In this document: positions 36,265 through 40,832 of the stretch, one piece after another
How the letters are laid out: every line of letters begins with the position of its first letter
How positions within the stretch are numbered: the stretch's first letter is position 1
IMG/VR virus record: IMGVR_UViG_3300034053_000015
Span: 1 to 40,832 of that record
Strand: one strand, 5' to 3'
From: a virus
Taxonomy: Duplodnaviria; Caudoviricetes
DNA length: 40,832 bases
Position numbers and translations under genes: made by a program
The notes under the pieces: generated by a model
The model's input: the letters and a program-made list of their open reading frames with translations, nothing else
Databases searched by the model: none
What the model was told of the DNA's origin: nothing

Positions 36265-36768
36265 TTACCTAGTTGTGTCTCGGAACAACTCAGGTTCCAA
36301 TGTTGTATCTCTTAGGCTAATCGGTGGCTGAAATCCACCAAGACCTCCACCCACCTCTCTCATTCGCCTTAGCTCAGAATCTTGAGAAAAGTCCATATTT
36401 GCAGATGGATCACCGGATAATCCGCGAGCCAAAATAGACCTCATAGCATTTACTTTATCGTTTTCGTAAGGAGTTCCACGAAACTGAGCTACTTGGCTGC
36501 TATTTAGATTTGATCTAGGAGAGTAACCTTGCATCAGCAATCTTGCCATTTCATTCTGCCTTACAGAATCCCTTGCTTGCCCTTGCAAGTCTGACCTAAG
36601 TATAACCTTTTGATCTTCAGTCATCATTCCGGCTACGTTTGGGTTAGCAGCAAAATAAGCATGCTCACTAACAAAAGGCTCTCTTTCAATACCGAGTGGG
36701 CTGAGTGATGCTGCTTGCTTGCGCTTCCTAGCCTCAAGCATCTGCACTACTTCTTCAAACATGCCCAT
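36265..36768 (-). CDS. Hypothetical protein, degenerate zincin-like
   Basis: YF..NPNVAGM.TED..VIL...V.QNE.ARL. Confidence 0.6.
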   Translation of the reverse strand: MGMFEEVVQMLEARKRKQAASLSPLGIEREPFVSEHAYFAANPNVAGMMTEDQKVILRSDLQGQARDSVRQNEMARLLMQGYSPRSNLNSSQVAQFRGTPYENDKVNAMRSILARGLSGDPSANMDFSQDSELRRMREVGGGLGGFQPPISLRDTTLEPELFRDTTR

Positions 36769-36773
36769 GCTGA

Positions 36774-36818
36774 TTACCTCTTCGGCGGCTTGCGCCCGTG
36801 TTTCTTTCCGCAGCCCAT
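36774..36818 (-). CDS. 14-aa basic micropeptide MGCGKKHGRKPPKR
   Basis: SD GGAGG; first ORF after a strong promoter. Confidence 0.5.
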   Translation of the reverse strand: MGCGKKHGRKPPKR

Positions 36819-36844
36819 GATTAGCCCTCCGGTTAGTAGGTCAC

Positions 36845-36875
36845 GTTATACCGGCAAGGCTACGTTATGTCAAAT
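36845..36875 (-). promoter_or_regulatory. Sigma70-like promoter for the portal/head operon
   Basis: TTGACA-N17-TATAAC. Confidence 0.8.
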
Positions 36876-36914
36876 TGTGAGCCTTAGAGAGGCAAATATA
36901 GGGAACTATAGACA

Positions 36915-39056
36915 CTATATACCGCTGATGAGGTCGATGGGGGCATACATATCATCATCTACATCCGCCGAACCATAGTTAGTCACCGCCATCTGGTTAA
37001 TGTAAGCCAAACTTTCGATGCAGTTATGAACTAACACCCCATCAGCGAAGAACTCATGATCCCCTTCAACCATCAGATCGTAGACTGGAACGGCGTTCTC
37101 TAGCAATCCTTGCTTGCCTGTCGTTTCCACACTTTCTACCGCACAAGACTTGCCTAGATATTTTTGGCTTGAAAGTGCAGCCGCATTCATCGCATCGTTT
37201 TTCAGGCCAATCTCTGAGTAGCGTTTTTTTCGCATGCTCTCTGCCCCATGCTCTACATTCTTCCGTCTTGTGCCATTGGTTAGCAAGAGGCCGAATGGTA
37301 GCGAGATGAGCCACTTGTTTTGCCGATTTACCTCTTTTGCTACTTTCCTCACGATGCTCCACATAATGCGCGGCTGATGAGAGGCAAACAAGGTTTTCAA
37401 CTGAGTTGTTGTTGAAGTCTCCGTCAGAATGGTGAATGTGGTGTCCTTCTGGAATTGGCCCGTTGTGAAATTCCCAGATGTCTCGATGGAGCAATCTTGG
37501 TGTTTTTCTCCAAGCATCATGGCTTGAGTAGTATTTCCGGTGATTGCCTTGCTTTGCTTCTGGGTATCTGTGATAGCTTCTTCCATTGAATTCGACTGTT
37601 TCTCGCATGATGTAACCTCGACTGGTTGTGATACAAGTAGTATATCCGTATCACACAAAGAGTCAAGACTTACCCACGACCTGTTTTCAGTCCAAACACG
37701 GTGCTCTGGAGTTCCAGTAATCCCGTATTTTGTGATTACTTTCTTATTCCCCTTGCACCATGCTTTCAATACTTTCCGATACCCATTCCTAGTCAAGACA
37801 TAATCATCCGTGGTCACATCCTCAATTCTCTTTACCTTATCAAGAGTGATGATTGATGTATCCGCAGGGAAGCAATCGTCGTGAACATTAGGCGTCGGGA
37901 ACATAAGATACTCATCCCTGAACACTTCCTGCCATCCATTTCGTTCTTTCATACCTTCCGAGTTCAGAGTTATACGTCCATGCTCGAACATTCCTTGTAA
38001 TGCCCACACTATCCGGTCGGTTTTCTTCTGATTTTGGTGAGTTAGTGGATGGATATGGAAATAAACTCCATTTTTCCTCATCAAATCGGTCAAATATGGC
38101 ATTACGGCGTTAAAAGTGGTTCCTTTTTCGATTCCAACCATCAATGGTTTGAATTCCCGGTAGTTTTTCAGGATTCTGACCGCAGTTTCCCTAACATCCC
38201 ACCTTCCGAACTCGATTTTCCTTACAAACCACTTACCATCGTCGGTTACTTTCACTATAGCGAAGGCACTTTGGTCTAATCGTTTCTTCCTTACTGTATT
38301 GGCGACGGCGACATCTTCAAACCCCGCCAGGTCACACGCCATATAGTAAGAGCCTTCTCTCGGTTCATTCCCGTACTTCAACCATCCTTCCTTGAACAGA
38401 TCCGTTCCTGCGTTGTTGAAGGAGGCCATGTACTCCTGGTTAAACGCGAAACTGGATAGAGTCCTTCTAGCGGCTTCGATTTCCTTTGGGTCGATTAACT
38501 CGTTATCTGCCGTAGTTAATTGCCAACTCTTGTACTCCGAATCATAACTATCCGACTCCTCATCCCCGATCAAGAACAGATCATAGAAGTGGTTACGCCC
38601 TTTAGGAGTTCCGATAAACAATGCGTCTCCCTTCTGATCTGACAGTGCTGCTCGAATGATCTGCTCCCATACTACAGGTTTCATATCGGCGTATTCATCC
38701 AATACCACGAAGGTTAGAGATACGCCTCGTAAAGTATCCGGTCTATCAGCCCCTCTAATGTATATGGTGATTCCGTTTATTAGCTTGATTTCCAGGTTAT
38801 TTACATGGGCGGAATCAATCACATCACGCCCTAGGTTCATCAACAAGTCCCAGATAATCACCCGAGCCTGACCCATAGTAGGCGCGACGTACATGACCGC
38901 TGACCCTTGCGGACACTGCAATCCCTCTAATAGTAGGTTCACCGCAGCCAGACGGGACTTACCACATCGCCTCCCCGCTACGACTACCTTGAATCGTGCT
39001 TTGTAGTTCAGTACCTCGCGTTGCCACTTGAGAAGTTGGAACGATAACTGTGTCAT
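36915..39056 (-). CDS. terL: Terminase large subunit with intein
   Basis: AGRRCGKS Walker A, VVLDE Walker B, FIGTPKGRNHFY, CDLAG, HDD|...|CIESL nuclease motif. Confidence 0.95.
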   Translation of the reverse strand: MTQLSFQLLKWQREVLNYKARFKVVVAGRRCGKSRLAAVNLLLEGLQCPQGSAVMYVAPTMGQARVIIWDLLMNLGRDVIDSAHVNNLEIKLINGITIYIRGADRPDTLRGVSLTFVVLDEYADMKPVVWEQIIRAALSDQKGDALFIGTPKGRNHFYDLFLIGDEESDSYDSEYKSWQLTTADNELIDPKEIEAARRTLSSFAFNQEYMASFNNAGTDLFKEGWLKYGNEPREGSYYMACDLAGFEDVAVANTVRKKRLDQSAFAIVKVTDDGKWFVRKIEFGRWDVRETAVRILKNYREFKPLMVGIEKGTTFNAVMPYLTDLMRKNGVYFHIHPLTHQNQKKTDRIVWALQGMFEHGRITLNSEGMKERNGWQEVFRDEYLMFPTPNVHDDCFPADTSIITLDKVKRIEDVTTDDYVLTRNGYRKVLKAWCKGNKKVITKYGITGTPEHRVWTENRSWVSLDSLCDTDILLVSQPVEVTSCEKQSNSMEEAITDTQKQSKAITGNTTQAMMLGEKHQDCSIETSGNFTTGQFQKDTTFTILTETSTTTQLKTLFASHQPRIMWSIVRKVAKEVNRQNKWLISLPFGLLLTNGTRRKNVEHGAESMRKKRYSEIGLKNDAMNAAALSSQKYLGKSCAVESVETTGKQGLLENAVPVYDLMVEGDHEFFADGVLVHNCIESLAYINQMAVTNYGSADVDDDMYAPIDLISGI
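37066..37608 (-). CDS. HNH endonuclease with C-terminal zinc finger, nested out of frame within the terL intein
   Basis: LHRDIWE.HNGPIPEGHHIHHSDGDFNNNSVENL.CL...H; CDECG..CGRKC; ATG with SD GAGGT. Confidence 0.88.
   Translation of the reverse strand: MRETVEFNGRSYHRYPEAKQGNHRKYYSSHDAWRKTPRLLHRDIWEFHNGPIPEGHHIHHSDGDFNNNSVENLVCLSSAAHYVEHREESSKRGKSAKQVAHLATIRPLANQWHKTEECRAWGREHAKKTLLRDWPEKRCDECGCTFKPKISRQVLCGRKCGNDRQARIARERRSSLRSDG
37639..37666 (-). promoter_or_regulatory. Internal promoter for the nested HNH gene
   Basis: TTGACT-N16-TATACT ending 30 nt before the ATG; TGTGATAC-N13-GTATCACA palindrome around the -10. Confidence 0.6.
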
Positions 39057-39556
39057 TAGAGAGTACCAAGTGGTGTGTGAGGGTGGAATTCCCTCTTTTT
39101 TGCTACATAAGCAGCCGCTGCTTCCTCAGGAGTAAGGAAGTACTCGCGCCACAATACAGACTTATTCCTTTTTATCTCAGCTACATACTTCTTTTTCCTG
39201 CCTTCTTTTGCGCGGAAAGAAACACCAACAAAGCCAGTTTTATTATTTGATGGCTTATGGGCTATGTTTTGCTGATTAACTGAGTGATGTACGCTTCTTA
39301 GGTTTGAAATCCTATTGTCAGCCCTGTCCCGGTTGATATGGTCTATTTCTTCAGGCCACTCACCATGAACATACATCCAGATAATCCTATGTTCCATACG
39401 ACTTTGATCAAGAACACTTACAACTCTATACCCGTTTGGCGCAAGGCATCCAGCAATAGCACCTACATTTTGACCACCAGAGGACCTCCTCCTAGTCAAA
39501 TACCCAGTCTCACAATCGTAGTGAAATAGGTCGTGCAGCAATTCTTGAGTAATCAT
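39056..39556 (-). CDS. Free-standing HNH-AP2 homing endonuclease
   Basis: HRIIW.YVHGEWP.EIDHINRDRADNRISNLR; TGFVGV..Y.A.I..F.TPEEAAAAY. Confidence 0.9.
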   Translation of the reverse strand: MITQELLHDLFHYDCETGYLTRRRSSGGQNVGAIAGCLAPNGYRVVSVLDQSRMEHRIIWMYVHGEWPEEIDHINRDRADNRISNLRSVHHSVNQQNIAHKPSNNKTGFVGVSFRAKEGRKKKYVAEIKRNKSVLWREYFLTPEEAAAAYVAKKREFHPHTPLGTL

Positions 39557-39648
39557 GATTATCTCCGCGCAGATTTAAGAAGTCGCTAGTAATCCATGAT
39601 CGCGGTCATAGAAAGGTCTTGCAAAACCCTGTCCTAGCTACCTACATT

Positions 39649-40131
39649 TTACTCCTCTACTCGCTCCGCATCAATGAGGCTTGATACAGGCTCACCTATT
39701 CCTGAGATATTTATCTGAATCGCTGCTCGCTCTCCGCCCAACTTTTTCTCTTCAAACATACTTACAGGAAGCAACCTATCCATACAGATCTTTAGTGCCG
39801 CAATCTGCCCCTGATGTTCATCATCAAGCGCGACCTCTATGATCTTCTGGATAATGGCAGAACCATTCCTATCCGTCAGTAACTGTTCCTTGAACTGTTG
39901 GATTCTCTGTTTCTGACCTAATGGGGTCTTGATAGGCTGTCTAGCTAGTCCGGGTTTCAGATCAACTTTCTTCTTTTCTTTCTCCAGAGCCTTCCGGTTG
40001 GCTATCCTTTTCTCCTCCCTTTCCTTTTCACGCTTCGTTTGCTTGTATTGGAAGGTGTCCTCTTCAGACTCTGGCAGATCTGCCCCTGACGTATTCGCCT
40101 CTACTTCCTCGCCAACAGGTCTTTCGTCCAT
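39649..40131 (-). CDS. terS: Probable terminase small subunit
   Basis: II.K..EVALDDEH.GQ.AALK.CMDRLLP..F..I.INISG; upstream of terL. Confidence 0.65.
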   Translation of the reverse strand: MDERPVGEEVEANTSGADLPESEEDTFQYKQTKREKEREEKRIANRKALEKEKKKVDLKPGLARQPIKTPLGQKQRIQQFKEQLLTDRNGSAIIQKIIEVALDDEHQGQIAALKICMDRLLPVSMFEEKKLGGERAAIQINISGIGEPVSSLIDAERVEE

Positions 40132-40418
40132 TTCAATTCCTCCCGTAACTGTTTAACCTCGGCCATCAGCTCTTCGATTCTACGGAACAAGATCCTCTTT
40201 TGTGGATTCTTGGCGTCAATCTTCGTTTTCCTTGCTTCCTCGTAACTTCTAGTCCGACACGGATCACATAAGGTTATCCACGAATCAATATGATTCCTGT
40301 GCCAATCTCTAACGCACCTTATATGCAGATCCTCCTTCGCACCACAGGATCGACACTTGCCATCTCTAGCCAATACATCCTCCTTCAGCGGAGTCATCCA
40401 GTCCTTCATTACTACCAT
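40101..40418 (-). CDS. Degenerate HNH-like zinc-binding protein
   Basis: VLARDG.CRSCG..DLH...ITLCDPC; catalytic HH/N residues replaced; SD AAGGAGG. Confidence 0.55.
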   Translation of the reverse strand: MVVMKDWMTPLKEDVLARDGKCRSCGAKEDLHIRCVRDWHRNHIDSWITLCDPCRTRSYEEARKTKIDAKNPQKRILFRRIEELMAEVKQLREELKWTKDLLARK

Positions 40419-40590
40419 ATCAACCTCCTTTCAGAGCTTTGAGATGAGGTTTGGGGTATTCCCCGACGGAAAGTTTATCAACCTCATCTCAAATATACCA
40501 CAAAGCTCTTCAAAATCCGCGATAACTATAGCCGTATAACCACTCCTACAGGAGCATTGATGTCCTCTGTAGAGAGGTAGAGAGCAGGAA

Positions 40591-40661
40591 TTACCCTTCT
40601 CCTAAAAAGCTAGTTTTACCCTTCTCGTGAATCTTGGTGGGCTCGTTTTACCCTTTTCGTG
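40591..40661. repeat. Direct repeats near the putative genome end
   Basis: GTTTTACCCTTYTCGTG at 40613 and 40645; partial TTACCCTTCTC at 40591. Confidence 0.7.
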
Positions 40662-40705
40662 TGGGGTGGTGGGTGCTACAACTTCCACTCAGCCCAGCCC
40701 GATAC

Positions 40706-40832
40706 CCCCCCCCCTGCCTGCTGCTCGATGCCGGCTACACCTAGCACTGGTGCGGCTCGGCGAGTGAGTGAGTGCTAACTGCTGGCGGCTACCGGGCAGG
40801 GCTGCTGCTGGATTGGGACTGCTGGCAGTATG
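40706..40832. repeat. Terminal direct repeat copy 2 (assembly overlap)
   Basis: Identical to 1-127. Confidence 0.95.

Larger units (their letters stand above)
37023..37874 (-). mobile_element. Intein (284 aa) in the TerL nuclease motif, with no in-frame endonuclease
   Basis: CFPADTSI, IEDV..DDYVLT..GY.KV, block B GTPEHRVWT, blocks F/G VYDLMVEGDHEFFADGVLVHN|C. Confidence 0.93.

Noticed and set aside
35517-36272. 251-aa ORF antisense to portal (similarly 20386-21045, 21748-22302, 23117-23797, 32855-33442)
   Set aside because: Antisense shadows without recognisable domains
607-40418. Stop-codon reassignment
   Set aside because: Genes are full length and densely packed under the standard code

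Overview
The window is an apparently complete, circularly assembled tailed-phage genome of about 40,705 bp: positions 1-127 equal 40706-40832, consistent with an assembler overlap. Its architecture is podovirus-like. A long minus-strand late region encodes TerS, TerL, portal, head accessory proteins, scaffold, major capsid, three ejection proteins, adaptor/nozzle, tailspike and a lysis cassette. A minus-strand replication region encodes a Mom-like GNAT, DUF1376, an SF2 helicase, a PAPS-reductase-like protein, Prim-Pol, NinB and NinG. Plus-strand early cassettes carry many small ORFs. I see no integrase, repressor or DNA polymerase. The standout feature is the terminase intein (37023-37874). 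It has no in-frame endonuclease but carries a complete HNH endonuclease gene overprinted in another frame, with its own sigma70-like promoter, an operator-like palindrome and an SD, all inside intein-coding DNA. Also notable: a canonical LAGLIDADG intein in the helicase, SD-sequestering leaders on the free-standing nucleases, several candidate structured RNAs, a toxin-like ART gene, an 8-aa-repeat virion protein and unannotated micro-ORFs. All family calls come from motif recognition by eye, not database searches.
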